Origin: an uncultured Chitinophaga sp.
GTDB lineage: Bacteria; Bacteroidota; Bacteroidia; Chitinophagales; LD1
Assembly (NCBI GenBank): GCA_964620645.1
Contig: CAZUHU010000002.1
Coordinates: 781-64,780, forward strand
Length of the DNA: 64,000 bases
Direction: 5' to 3'
Every line of letters starts with the position of its first letter. Positions within the stretch are counted from its first letter, which is position 1. Below are positions 55,390-64,000 of this stretch, one piece after another. Made by a program: the position numbers and the translations under genes. The notes under the pieces are model-generated. The model was given only the letters and a program-made list of their open reading frames with translations. It made no database searches and was not told the DNA's origin.

Positions 55390-55794
55390 TTAAAATTTGA
55401 AGAAGAAGAAAGTAACCGCAGCCCATTCCGCCTTTACGCCGCGGGCGTAGCCAATAGTGCTGTGGCTGCTGTTTTCTACCGTGCCATCACTTTTAATATA
55501 GCCAATAGTGCTATGGCTGCTGTTCTCAACGGTGCCGTCGCTTTTAATGTAACCTACAGTGCTATGGCTGCTGTTTTCTACCGTGCCATTGCGCACATAT
55601 CCTATTGTGCTGTGGCTGCTGTTTTCAATGGTGCCATCACTTTTTATATAGCCAACTGTGCTATGGCTGCTGCTTTCAATGGTTCCGTCGCTCTTAATAT
55701 AGCCTGCCGTGGAGTGGCTTCCGCTTTCAATAGTTTGCGCCTTAACGCAAAACGCAGCGCCTGCTAATATCAGTGAGAAGAAAATCTTTTTCAT
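55390..55794 (-). CDS. small exported protein built of ~17-aa tandem repeats (SSHSTxGYIKSDGTxEN) with a hydrophobic Phe-rich C-terminus
   Basis: Signal peptide MKKIFFSLILAGAAFCVKAQ. Six repeat units. Tail EWAAVTFFFFKF. Strand choice is supported by the signal peptide and by terminators flanking the gene on the minus strand. Confidence 0.75.
   Translation of the reverse strand: MKKIFFSLILAGAAFCVKAQTIESGSHSTAGYIKSDGTIESSSHSTVGYIKSDGTIENSSHSTIGYVRNGTVENSSHSTVGYIKSDGTVENSSHSTIGYIKSDGTVENSSHSTIGYARGVKAEWAAVTFFFFKF
55447..55741 (-). repeat. six tandem copies of a 51-bp unit (one 48-bp variant) inside the small exported-protein gene
   Basis: Units start at 55450, 55501, 55552, 55600, 55651 and 55702. 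Core: gccaatagtgct(a/g)tggctgctgtt(t/c)tc. Confidence 0.9.
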
Positions 55795-55896
55795 GTGTAC
55801 TTGCTGTTTGGTTTAATTAATACCATAAAGCTACTAAATGCGCCAAGCCACAAAACTTTTTAAAGCGTTTTTTGGCGGAGATAAGCAGCAACCACC

Positions 55897-55937
55897 ATAA
55901 AAAGCGAAAAGCCTTCCCGACACAGGAAGGCTTTCGC
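55897..55937 (-). terminator. rho-independent terminator of the 912-aa T9SS protein gene
   Basis: Minus strand: gcgaaagccttcc-tgtgtcg-ggaaggcttttcgc (13 bp with a one-nt bulge), then tttttat. Confidence 0.85.
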
Positions 55938-55960
55938 AATTTATCAGCATGAAGGGAAAA

Positions 55961-58699
55961 CTACTTATTAACCACCATTCTAACCACTTTGTTTTCAGCG
56001 CTGTTGTTAACGCTTACAAAGTAAATTCCGTTGGCCAGTTCAGCAGTGTTAAGGTTAAACAGGTTGTTGCCTGAAACCAGCTGCGCTGCATTCTTCATTA
56101 CAACTCTTCCGGTCATATCGCCAACAGCTATTTCCACCTCGGCATTATCAAGAGCATTGATTTCCAGGCTAACGCGGCCATTGTTCGGGTTAGGGAACAG
56201 GCGAATAGTTTCAATGGTTTTTGCAACTTCCTGTATACCTACACCGGTTATGGTAATACTCATGGTGTGTGTATCGTCGCAATTGCCGTTTGATGCAGTA
56301 AGCGTAACAGTGTAAGTGCCGTTGGCAGTGTAAGTATGGGTTGGGTTTTGAGAAGTTGATGTTTGATTATCGCCAAAATTCCAGTTATAAGAAGTAGCGT
56401 TTGTTGAAGCATCAGTAAAAGCAATGGTGTAAGAGCTGCCACTGGCGGCCTGGGTAAAGCTGGCAGCAGGTGTGTTGGTTACTGTTACAGTTATGCTGTT
56501 AGAATTGCCTACGCCATCGCAGGGGTCGGTGTTGGTAACGCTAACGCTGTAAGTGCCAGATTGCTTAACAACAATAGACTGCGTAGTAGCGCCGTTACTC
56601 CACAGGTAAGTATCGCCTGAAGATGAAGTGATAGTAACAGAATCGCCGCTGCAGAAAGCTACTGCTCCATTGGCTGCAATAGTTGGAGTTGGCGAATTGC
56701 TGACGTTAGTGGTTATAGCATTAGATACAGCGCTGCATCCGTTGGCATCAGTAGTTGTTACGGTATAAGTGCCGCTTGAAGTAACAGCAATGGTATCTGC
56801 AGTACCGCCGGTGCTCCAGTTAAAGGTATTGTAGTTGGCTGCATTGTTTACACTTAATGTAACAGTACCGCCTGTGCAGAAGGTAGTTGAACCACTTGCC
56901 TGTATGGCAGGAACAGTTGGTGTGTTCTCTGTAACTTGAATGGCATTAGATGCAGCAGTGCAATCGTTAGCATCAGTAATAGTTACGGTGTAAGAGCCTG
57001 CATTGCTTACTGTTATTTGTTGTGTTGTATTGCTGTTGCTCCAGCTATAACCGTTGGCAGCGGTTGAACTTAATGTTACGTTACCACCGGTGCAGAAGGA
57101 TGTTGCACTTGGGGTAATAGTAGGTGCTGCAGGGTTACTGTTAACTGTAACTACCTGGGTAAATGTTTTAATGCAACCGCGGCTGTTAGCTACGCTAACG
57201 GTATAGGTGCCACTGTTGCTAACCGTAATAGAAGATGTGCTTGCGCCGGTACTCCATAAGTAAATATTACCGCCGCTTACATTTAAATCAACTGAACCGC
57301 CCTGGCAGAAGGTAGTAGGGCCGCTTGGGCTTAACGATGCTGTATAGCCATAGTTCAAATGCGGCACAGAATAGTCTTCATCCTGTGGAGTGAATTCGCC
57401 CCAGCAGTTTACCCAAAAGTCGTTAGCGCCAAATGCACCACGGTAAGTGGTTGGTGTTACTGAACTTAACTTAGGGTTACTGAAGTTAGCGCCGCTTAAA
57501 GCCGGTGAACCCGGTTGAGGGCGGAAATCATAATAAGGATAGCTGTAAGGAGAAACCAGTTTAACGCTGTCGTTAGCATTGCCGCCGTAAACAGTGTTGC
57601 CGTTGGCAACATTCATAAGGTAGGCGGTATCAAAAGCCGTTTCACCGTAAGCTTCTTTGCAGCCACCTATCAGGTTGTATTTAAATTCCAATTCGTTGTT
57701 AGTAGCGTTTGTTTGTGCAGCAGTACCTTCAATACGTAAGCCGCGTTTGTAGCCTATAGCTACTGAGTTAAACACATTGATTTTGGTGTTGCGGCGCAGG
57801 CGGCCTACCCAACCGTACTTGGCATCAATGGTAGAAGATGTTGTAGAGGCCGGGCCAATAATAGTTATGTTAGTGAAAACACCAGCTGTGTTTGGAGTAT
57901 TGGTTGAGCCGTTGGCATCGTTGTCTGATTCAAAGCCATTAGAAATGTCGCCCTGGTCAGCAATGGTATCAACACGTACAACAAGCGCGTGGTTAACAAT
58001 ACCGCTCCAGCCGTTGTCGGTATCTAAATCGTCATCGCGGTTACCGAAGGATACGATATGGTCAGGCGACGAAGTGCCACCAAAAAATTCGTAACCGTCA
58101 TCCTGGCCATAGCTGGTCATAACGTGGCTTATAACTGTTTTACGGCCTACACCGCAAAGGGTAAGGCTGTTCAACTCGGTATTAGTACCACACACATAAC
58201 CGGCATACTCAATACGAACATACTTTAACACACCTGAGCTATCGTCAGGGTTGCTGCCGCCGTAATCGTAATCGGTGGTAGTGCCGCATTCTACACGGCC
58301 TTGTATGGCGTTGCCGCCGGCATCCTTAAAGTTAACCGGTGCTAAACCGCAAATGGTTATGCCGGCCCAGTCGGCACGTGCGCGCGAACCGGCAGGTTGG
58401 TTAGAAGTAAAAACAATAGGTTCTTCAGGTGTACCTACTGCGTTAATTTTACCGGTAGTAGAAACAACAATACGGCTTAAAGTAGTTTTATCGCCACGAA
58501 TAATTGTGCCGGGCTGTATAGTTAAAGTAGCGCCGTTTTTAACGATGATGTCGCCATACAGAATATAAATGCTGTCGTGACTCCACGTGCGGTCGCTGGT
58601 AATGTCGGTAGCTACTGTTACTGTATTTTGTGCAAAGGCACCAAAAGCCAGTAAGGTTGTAGCAACCATTAGTAAACTGCGTAGAAAATTTTTCTTCAT
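55961..58699 (-). CDS. T9SS-exported multidomain surface protein: ~430-aa N-terminal domain of unknown function, four Cys-containing Ig-like repeats, a PKD domain, type-A CTD
   Basis: Signal peptide MKKNFLRSLLMVATTLLAFGAFAQ. Four ~75-aa repeats (FCxGG.V.L...Y.WS.G.TT..I.V..SGTY.V.....NGC). PKD motif YNWNFGDNQTSTSQNPTHTY. CTD ...LANGIYFVSVNNSAENKVVRMVVNK. Confidence 0.85.
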   Translation of the reverse strand: MKKNFLRSLLMVATTLLAFGAFAQNTVTVATDITSDRTWSHDSIYILYGDIIVKNGATLTIQPGTIIRGDKTTLSRIVVSTTGKINAVGTPEEPIVFTSNQPAGSRARADWAGITICGLAPVNFKDAGGNAIQGRVECGTTTDYDYGGSNPDDSSGVLKYVRIEYAGYVCGTNTELNSLTLCGVGRKTVISHVMTSYGQDDGYEFFGGTSSPDHIVSFGNRDDDLDTDNGWSGIVNHALVVRVDTIADQGDISNGFESDNDANGSTNTPNTAGVFTNITIIGPASTTSSTIDAKYGWVGRLRRNTKINVFNSVAIGYKRGLRIEGTAAQTNATNNELEFKYNLIGGCKEAYGETAFDTAYLMNVANGNTVYGGNANDSVKLVSPYSYPYYDFRPQPGSPALSGANFSNPKLSSVTPTTYRGAFGANDFWVNCWGEFTPQDEDYSVPHLNYGYTASLSPSGPTTFCQGGSVDLNVSGGNIYLWSTGASTSSITVSNSGTYTVSVANSRGCIKTFTQVVTVNSNPAAPTITPSATSFCTGGNVTLSSTAANGYSWSNSNTTQQITVSNAGSYTVTITDANDCTAASNAIQVTENTPTVPAIQASGSTTFCTGGTVTLSVNNAANYNTFNWSTGGTADTIAVTSSGTYTVTTTDANGCSAVSNAITTNVSNSPTPTIAANGAVAFCSGDSVTITSSSGDTYLWSNGATTQSIVVKQSGTYSVSVTNTDPCDGVGNSNSITVTVTNTPAASFTQAASGSSYTIAFTDASTNATSYNWNFGDNQTSTSQNPTHTYTANGTYTVTLTASNGNCDDTHTMSITITGVGIQEVAKTIETIRLFPNPNNGRVSLEINALDNAEVEIAVGDMTGRVVMKNAAQLVSGNNLFNLNTAELANGIYFVSVNNSAENKVVRMVVNK

Positions 58700-58801
58700 G
58701 TTAGTGGTTATTTTTTATCCGCAGCAAAAATCAATTTGAGGATTTGCGTGAGCGTTAGCGCAGGGTTAAATAATTGTTGCGCCCCATATTTCCTTATTAT
58801 T

Positions 58802-58839
58802 AAAAGCAAAAAGCAGAAAGCGTTTCCGCCCTCTGCTTT
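58802..58839 (-). terminator. strong rho-independent terminator of the TonB-dependent receptor gene
   Basis: Minus strand: 13-bp stem aaagcagagggcg / cgctttctgcttt (two G-U pairs) closing a GAAA tetraloop, then ttgctttt. Confidence 0.88.
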
Positions 58840-58864
58840 TAAAAGATGCTTTATAAACTAAAGG

Positions 58865-61822
58865 TTAAAAAGTAAAGCTCAACTGCACGCTGTAGGTGCG
58901 GTAGTTTTTACGGCTCAACACCACGTAATCAGTATTTGGGTTGTAAGCGCGTTTAACATCCGGCAGGTTGTTTTGGTAAAAGATGGTTGATTTTGCTATT
59001 AAATCGCTGATGGTAAAGCGAACCATTGCACGGTCTTTTAAAAACTTCTGGCTTAACTGTAAATCCAGTAGCGGCCTCCAGTGTTCATACCAGCTTGGGT
59101 TGCCCACTTCGCCAACTGCATACAGACGTTGGCCGCTTTGGTTATAAAGCAACGTAGCGCCAAAACCGTATTTAGGGTGCAGGTAAGATAAACCTAGGTT
59201 AATGATGTACGGTGATTGACCCTGCATAGGGCGTTTCTTTTCATCGCCCGCGTTGTTTTTAACGTTGCTGAGGTTAACGCGCGAATAGATGTAGGCCAGG
59301 TTGGCAGTAAAGGTTAAGCCTTCCAGCTTTTCGCTGGCAAAGCCAAAGTTTTTGCGTAGCTCCACTTCTGCACCTACCAGGTAGGCTGATTGCGCATTGC
59401 TGTAAACAAACTGTGGAACACCACCGGCAGCCATGGAAGTAAGTTCAATAGTATTGGTAAAGTGCTTGTAGAAAACGCTGGCGTTAATTGCCTGACCCTT
59501 GCCCAGGAACCACTCATAACGTAAATCAGCATTATGGATAAACGTTTGCATAACATTTACGTTACCGCTAAGGTTAACATCGCGAACAAAGTCATAGTAT
59601 AAAAATGGCGAGTTCTCGCGAAACTCAGGCCTGCTCATGCTTTGTGAATACGATGCGCGCAGGTTCATATCCTCGTTAAGCTTGTAAATAAGGTTAACAG
59701 AAGGTAACAGGGGGAATGCTGTTTTTACGTTACCAAGTGTATCGTATTTATAAGCACCTGAAAAGTATGAACGAACGTAGGTGCTATCGGTAAGTTTGGT
59801 TTTAATGGTTGGCACATCGCCGGGGTTATCAATAACTTCAAAGTCAATATTGGTTGGCGAGGTCAGCTCTTGCTTGTACGATTCAAAGCGGAAACCCCAT
59901 ACTGCCTTAAACCTTTCACCAAAGTTGTTTTCCATCATAACGTAAGCCGCATGCGTGGTGGCTTTGGCGCTGTATTGGTCCTGCGGAAAGGCAACCTGGT
60001 TAAGCGTTAGCTTGCCATTGTCAAAGTTTTGCTGGTTGATGATATTGTCAACATTTGGATCGCGCAGGGTGCTGTCGTATGTATAGTTGGCGCTGGTATA
60101 ATCAAAGAACAGGTTACGTGCTTCAAAATTCCGTTCGCGCATTTGAAAGCTATAGCCCACCGTTACAGCCTGTTTAATTCCCTTAATCTTAAACGGCATG
60201 CTAAGGTCAGTTGAAGCGCTGTAAACTTTTTCAGCAAGCTTGCTGTAAAACATAGCGCTTAACTTAGGGTCAGAGCCGCCATTTTGTATCTGATAAATAA
60301 AGGGATCAGTGTTTACATTGGGTTGCCCTTCACCACCGCTGGTATAGAAGCGCTCGTAGGAGTAACGCATGGTTTTAGGTTGATCGCGGTTTATCAACGT
60401 TACGCCACCGTTCCACTTCCATCGTATTTCACTGCCTTTAAAAATATGGTCGCCACCAAGGTTAGATGATAATACTCTTGAGCTTACAAACTCAAGATTG
60501 GTGCGTTGGGCTTCAGTAGCGCTAAAGTAGCTAACGCCATCGCGCAGTATTGTATTGTTATCGGAGTTAACGGTATAGATGTTCTTCCACGAAATTTTGT
60601 GATTGCCTTTTATTACCAGGCCTAAGTTGCCCAACAATGCTGAAGTAACGGAGTTGTTATACATAGCATCATTATAATCATAGTACAGCGCTTTATCTGC
60701 CCAATCATAGCGTTTGCGGGTTCCCTCGTTATACTGCAGGGTGTTGTTGTAAGATAAGGCAAACACACCACCGAACTGAATATCGTTTTTGCGCACCGCA
60801 AAACCGCCGCTCATTTGCAGGCTTTGGCCGGGGTAAGCCATTTTGCGCTGCTTAACCTTCCAGCTGCTGTTATTGATTTGTTTGCCTAACTGAACCAGGG
60901 TGTCCGATGGCAATATCTGCAGCTTTAAATCATTAAGTGCCACAATGCCGGGAAAGTTACCCGGTAATGGGCGCACACTATTATCAAAACCAAGAAAATC
61001 GGTTTTGCTGCCTTCGTAGGTTTTAAACGGTTTAAAGGTGGTTCCTTCAGTAAAGCTTTGGCCTATAGTTACATTAAAAAAGTTTTTCTCGGGTATTTCT
61101 CTTGTGTTAAGCTGTATTAAACCACCGGCCCATTCACTTGGCAGGTTAGGCTGGCCCGTTTTCATAATAATAATGTTATCAAGAATGTTAGACGGGAAAA
61201 CATCAAAAGCAAAGGCCTTTCTGTCGGGCTCGGTGCTTGGCAAAAGGGTATTGTTCAGTAAGGCCATGTTATAACGGTCGGCAAGGCCGCGTATTACGGC
61301 AAACTTGCCATCCTGTATGCTGGCGCCACTTACGCGTTTAATTACTTCGCTTGAGCTTTTATCCGGCGAGCGCTTAATCTCTTCGCTGCTTATGCCGCTC
61401 TGTATTACAGTGCTGTTCTTTTGCATAACCACTACAGCGCTCTCGTTATCGCGGCGTATAACCTGTGCAGTAACAACGGCCTCTTTCAGGTTAACCGCGT
61501 CATCCATTAACGATAAGTAAAGATTGGTAACCTGGTTTGGTTTAACATCAGCATCCTCCTGTTTTTCCTGGTAACCCAGGTAACGTACCTTAACCTTGTG
61601 TTTACCGGCGGGCACTTTGGAGATAATAAAATTGCCATCTATATCAGTGGCGGCCCCCAGCGAGGTGCTGTCGTCAACCATTACCATTGCCCCTATCAGC
61701 GTTTCGCCGGATTTACCGTCAACCACTTTGCCTGAAATTACCCCTTCCTGCGCTGCAAGCAGAGTAATGTTCAATGTAAAGATAGCGCTAATAAGAAGTG
61801 TGATTTTCCCTTTCATACTCAT
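58865..61822 (-). CDS. TonB-dependent outer-membrane receptor with N-terminal carboxypeptidase-regulatory-like domain (not followed by a SusD-type gene)
   Basis: ORF track start 61834 is GTG. ATG at 61822 or 61816 is preferred. ISGKVVDGKSGETLIGAMVMVDD...DIDGNFIISKV. Plug region (...VIRGLADRYNMALLNNTLLPSTEPDRKAFAFDVFPS...). Long beta-barrel ending YSVQLSFTF. Confidence 0.88.
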   Translation of the reverse strand: MSMKGKITLLISAIFTLNITLLAAQEGVISGKVVDGKSGETLIGAMVMVDDSTSLGAATDIDGNFIISKVPAGKHKVKVRYLGYQEKQEDADVKPNQVTNLYLSLMDDAVNLKEAVVTAQVIRRDNESAVVVMQKNSTVIQSGISSEEIKRSPDKSSSEVIKRVSGASIQDGKFAVIRGLADRYNMALLNNTLLPSTEPDRKAFAFDVFPSNILDNIIIMKTGQPNLPSEWAGGLIQLNTREIPEKNFFNVTIGQSFTEGTTFKPFKTYEGSKTDFLGFDNSVRPLPGNFPGIVALNDLKLQILPSDTLVQLGKQINNSSWKVKQRKMAYPGQSLQMSGGFAVRKNDIQFGGVFALSYNNTLQYNEGTRKRYDWADKALYYDYNDAMYNNSVTSALLGNLGLVIKGNHKISWKNIYTVNSDNNTILRDGVSYFSATEAQRTNLEFVSSRVLSSNLGGDHIFKGSEIRWKWNGGVTLINRDQPKTMRYSYERFYTSGGEGQPNVNTDPFIYQIQNGGSDPKLSAMFYSKLAEKVYSASTDLSMPFKIKGIKQAVTVGYSFQMRERNFEARNLFFDYTSANYTYDSTLRDPNVDNIINQQNFDNGKLTLNQVAFPQDQYSAKATTHAAYVMMENNFGERFKAVWGFRFESYKQELTSPTNIDFEVIDNPGDVPTIKTKLTDSTYVRSYFSGAYKYDTLGNVKTAFPLLPSVNLIYKLNEDMNLRASYSQSMSRPEFRENSPFLYYDFVRDVNLSGNVNVMQTFIHNADLRYEWFLGKGQAINASVFYKHFTNTIELTSMAAGGVPQFVYSNAQSAYLVGAEVELRKNFGFASEKLEGLTFTANLAYIYSRVNLSNVKNNAGDEKKRPMQGQSPYIINLGLSYLHPKYGFGATLLYNQSGQRLYAVGEVGNPSWYEHWRPLLDLQLSQKFLKDRAMVRFTISDLIAKSTIFYQNNLPDVKRAYNPNTDYVVLSRKNYRTYSVQLSFTF

Positions 61823-62002
61823 TATTTTTTGCACTGCAAACGTAGGTTAACAGTGAAACCAAATTTTGAAGGGATGTTTATGTAATGGTTAAGACAGTTT
61901 AAATTGGAAACAGGAAAGGCATGAGCGAAATCATGTTCTTTTTATAGGGGAAACCCGCATCAATCTTAAATGTGTGGTAACTTTTTCTTAACATTACAAG
62001 GA

Positions 62003-62010
62003 TAGCTTTG
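62003..62010 (+). promoter_or_regulatory. candidate -7 box (TAgcTTTG) of the response-regulator gene
   Basis: Exact TAnnTTTG match, 18 nt upstream of ATG 62028. Confidence 0.4.
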
Positions 62011-62027
62011 CCTCTGAAATATTAAGT

Positions 62028-62708
62028 ATGGAAGTGAATGACGTTAAAATTTTGTTAGTAGATGACGAGGCTGATGTGTTGGACTTTATGAAATACAACC
62101 TTGAAAAAGAAGGTTTTTGGGTTTACACAGCAAAAGATGGAATTGAAGGTATACAGGTTGCAAAAAAGGTAAGTCCCCACATTATTATTCTTGACCTTAT
62201 GATGCCTAAACTGGATGGCATTGAAACCTGCAGGGAACTGCGCCAGATGCCGGAGTTTAAGAATACCATTATCGCCTTTCTTACCGCGCGCGATGAAGAT
62301 TACTCGCAAATAGCAGGCTTTGAGGTAGGCGCTGATGATTACATAACCAAGCCTATAAAACCACGTGTTTTTATAAGCCGCATACGCGCTTTGTTGCGCC
62401 GTATGGAAACGGACAACGGCCATGCTAAACTGAAAGTTGGCGATATTGAAATTGACCGCGAGCGTTACATGGTGGTAAAAGGAGGCAATGAAATTCAACT
62501 GCCACGTAAGGAGTTTGAATTGATGAGCTTGCTGGTTTCAAAACCGGGCCGGGTTTTTAAGCGCGAAGAAATTTTGAGCAAAGTATGGGGTAACGATACC
62601 ATTGTGGGCGACAGAACCATTGATGTACACATACGCAAACTACGCGAGAAGATAGGCGAGGATTATTTTAAAACCATAAAAGGCATAGGCTATAAATTTG
62701 ATGTATAG
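62028..62708 (+). CDS. OmpR/PhoB-family response regulator (orphan; no kinase gene adjacent)
   Basis: Receiver domain ILLVDDEADV...IILDLMMPKLDG...ITKP. Winged-helix output LPRKEFELMSLLVSKPGRVFKREEILSKVWG...TIDVHIRKLREKIG. Confidence 0.92.
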   Translation: MEVNDVKILLVDDEADVLDFMKYNLEKEGFWVYTAKDGIEGIQVAKKVSPHIIILDLMMPKLDGIETCRELRQMPEFKNTIIAFLTARDEDYSQIAGFEVGADDYITKPIKPRVFISRIRALLRRMETDNGHAKLKVGDIEIDRERYMVVKGGNEIQLPRKEFELMSLLVSKPGRVFKREEILSKVWGNDTIVGDRTIDVHIRKLREKIGEDYFKTIKGIGYKFDV

Positions 62709-62754
62709 CCTTAAAAACCTTCTTTAGTGCCATCATGTTTTGTACATTGGCACT

Positions 62755-63507
62755 ATGCTCCGTCACTCACCTTTATTGTTGCTTGGCTGTTTGCTTGTAA
62801 GCACTGCAAGCTACGCACAAAAAAAGATTGTTAACCAACAGCAAATTTGGTACAGCTATTTTAACCAGGCAGAGTTTGGCAGCAAATGGTTTTTGTTTTC
62901 TGAATTAGAGAACAGGCAATTTTTTAAACCCTCTGTAGAGAACCAGCTTTTAATACGCGCCCACTTACATTACCGGGTGCATAAGCATTGGGATATTGCA
63001 GCAGGCTTCGGTTACTTTTTGGTTTGTACACAGGATCCTGCAAAGCCCTCTAAACTTTTTAATCCTGAACTAAGGCCCTTTATTGAGGCCAATAACAACT
63101 TTAGCTGGGGGCGTTTAACGCTTACCAACAGGCTTAGGGCCGAGGAGCGTTTCGTACATAAAGTAGCAGCCGGCGAGTTGACGGACGGTTATAATACTAA
63201 CAGCAGGGTCCGTTACCGGTTAGGGTTGGATTTTGTGATGCTTAAAACGAAAAAACAGCACATCCTAAAGCTGCGCTTTAATGATGAGGTAATGGTGAAC
63301 GTGCCAACCAAACTGGTGAAAAACGTATTTGACCAAAACCGCGCTTATCTGGGGATAAGCTATACTCCGCCCGGGCCCCTTACTTTTGAGGCCGGGTATA
63401 TACATTGGTTTCAGCAAAGGGCCAGTTTAACCGACTATTTTGACCGTTCTATTCTTCGCTTTTCTATAACGCACAAGGTTAAGTTCCCCGAACGCAAAAA
63501 GGGTTGA
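62755..63507 (+). CDS. DUF2490-family exported/outer-membrane protein
   Basis: ORF track start 62740 is TTG. ATG 62755 gives MLRHSPLLLLGCLLVSTASYAQ. QQIWYSYFNQAEF..., ELRPFIE..., NRLRAEERF fits my recollection of DUF2490. Confidence 0.65.
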   Translation: MLRHSPLLLLGCLLVSTASYAQKKIVNQQQIWYSYFNQAEFGSKWFLFSELENRQFFKPSVENQLLIRAHLHYRVHKHWDIAAGFGYFLVCTQDPAKPSKLFNPELRPFIEANNNFSWGRLTLTNRLRAEERFVHKVAAGELTDGYNTNSRVRYRLGLDFVMLKTKKQHILKLRFNDEVMVNVPTKLVKNVFDQNRAYLGISYTPPGPLTFEAGYIHWFQQRASLTDYFDRSILRFSITHKVKFPERKKG

Positions 63508-63675
63508 TTTTTAAGAAGAAACACTTGGTTTCCGCCCCCTTAAACACTAAAAAGGACAACAGCTTTTAGCCTGTTAAATACTTTCAATTAACAATCACCT
63601 TTTTTCAGGCTAATCCGTATAATCTTTAACGGTTACAAGCTATTGGAGCTTTTACTGAGATTGCGCTTTACCACT

Positions 63676-64000
63676 GTGAAGGGATTTTTAAAAATTACGG
63701 CGGCCTTTTTTCTGTTTTTCCTTTTTGGGGAAGCACGCGCCTCTGCGGGTGATTCTGCCTCTAACGATATATTTGAAATAGAGCGGAAAACAATAATGCA
63801 GCGCATAAGTTTTGAAAAGGTGCGCATTGCCAACGATTATCCAAGCGCCGATTTCCGCATTATAAACCTGGTGGATAGCATTGCCGGTTACATAAGCACC
63901 CAAAACTTTAGCAGAAATAAGCGCAACCAATACCTGCTGCGCTTGCAGGTATTTCTGGAAAACATCAACCGCTATTATTCCGATGGCTATTTGAAAAACG
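63676..64000 (+). CDS. hypothetical exported protein, N-terminal part only; runs off the right edge
   Basis: Absent from the ORF track because it is open-ended. The frame is open from 63592 to 64000. A GTG at 63676 gives MKGFLKITAAFFLFFLFGEARA (signal-like), then ...IMQRISFEKVRIANDYPSADFRIINLVDSIAGYISTQNFSRNKRNQYLLRLQVFLENINRYYSDGYLKN. TTG 63661 is an alternative start. Confidence 0.5.
   Translation, partial: MKGFLKITAAFFLFFLFGEARASAGDSASNDIFEIERKTIMQRISFEKVRIANDYPSADFRIINLVDSIAGYISTQNFSRNKRNQYLLRLQVFLENINRYYSDGYLKN

Noticed and set aside
55462-55767. Plus-strand 101-aa repeat ORF opposite the repeat-protein gene
   Set aside because: It has no signal peptide and no flanking plus-strand regulatory signals. 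The minus-strand reading has a canonical signal peptide, an ATG start and minus-oriented terminators on both sides.
63633-63930. Minus-strand ORFs of 66 aa and 80 aa at the right edge
   Set aside because: The plus-strand frame is open from 63592 to the window end. It begins with a good signal peptide and has protein-like composition. The minus ORFs overlap it and have no supporting features.
1-64000. Looked for rRNA, tRNA, tmRNA, RNase P, SRP RNA, CRISPR arrays, IS elements, integrases, phage or defence genes, and invertible promoters
   Set aside because: All intergenic gaps are at most about 340 bp. I saw no tRNA-like T-arm (GGTTCGAATCC-type) or SRP/RNase P core motifs. There are no spaced direct repeats. 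No ORF has transposase, recombinase, nuclease-NTPase defence or reverse-transcriptase motifs. An Infernal/tRNAscan run would be the decisive check.

Overview
This 64-kb window looks like core chromosome of a Bacteroidota genome. Evidence for that assignment: several type-A T9SS C-terminal sorting domains, a complete MoxR-DUF58-BatABCDE aerotolerance-type operon, DUF3078 and DUF2490 proteins, TAnnTTTG -7 promoter boxes, and about 45% GC. The genus cannot be assigned from the sequence alone. I can support about 56 protein-coding genes, two of them cut by the window edges and absent from the ORF track. I also call a set of clear rho-independent terminators, a few promoter or operator candidates, and two in-gene tandem repeats. 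I found no rRNA, tRNA, CRISPR array, transposase, integrase, phage gene or recognisable defence gene, so this does not look like an accessory island. I cannot point to a clear-cut new system. The best candidates for undescribed biology are: (1) an ECF sigma factor translationally coupled to a 538-aa partner that combines an inner-membrane anchor, a long E/K-rich linker and an outer-membrane beta-barrel-like domain; (2) a non-SusD TonB-dependent receptor followed by a 912-aa T9SS-exported multidomain protein and a small exported protein made of 17-aa tandem repeats; (3) an operon of a small exported protein, PadR and a long PspC, with a palindrome over its -33 box; (4) an exported protein carrying DnaJ-type CxxCxGxG zinc-finger repeats. 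All functional calls come from motifs read by eye. No database search was run.
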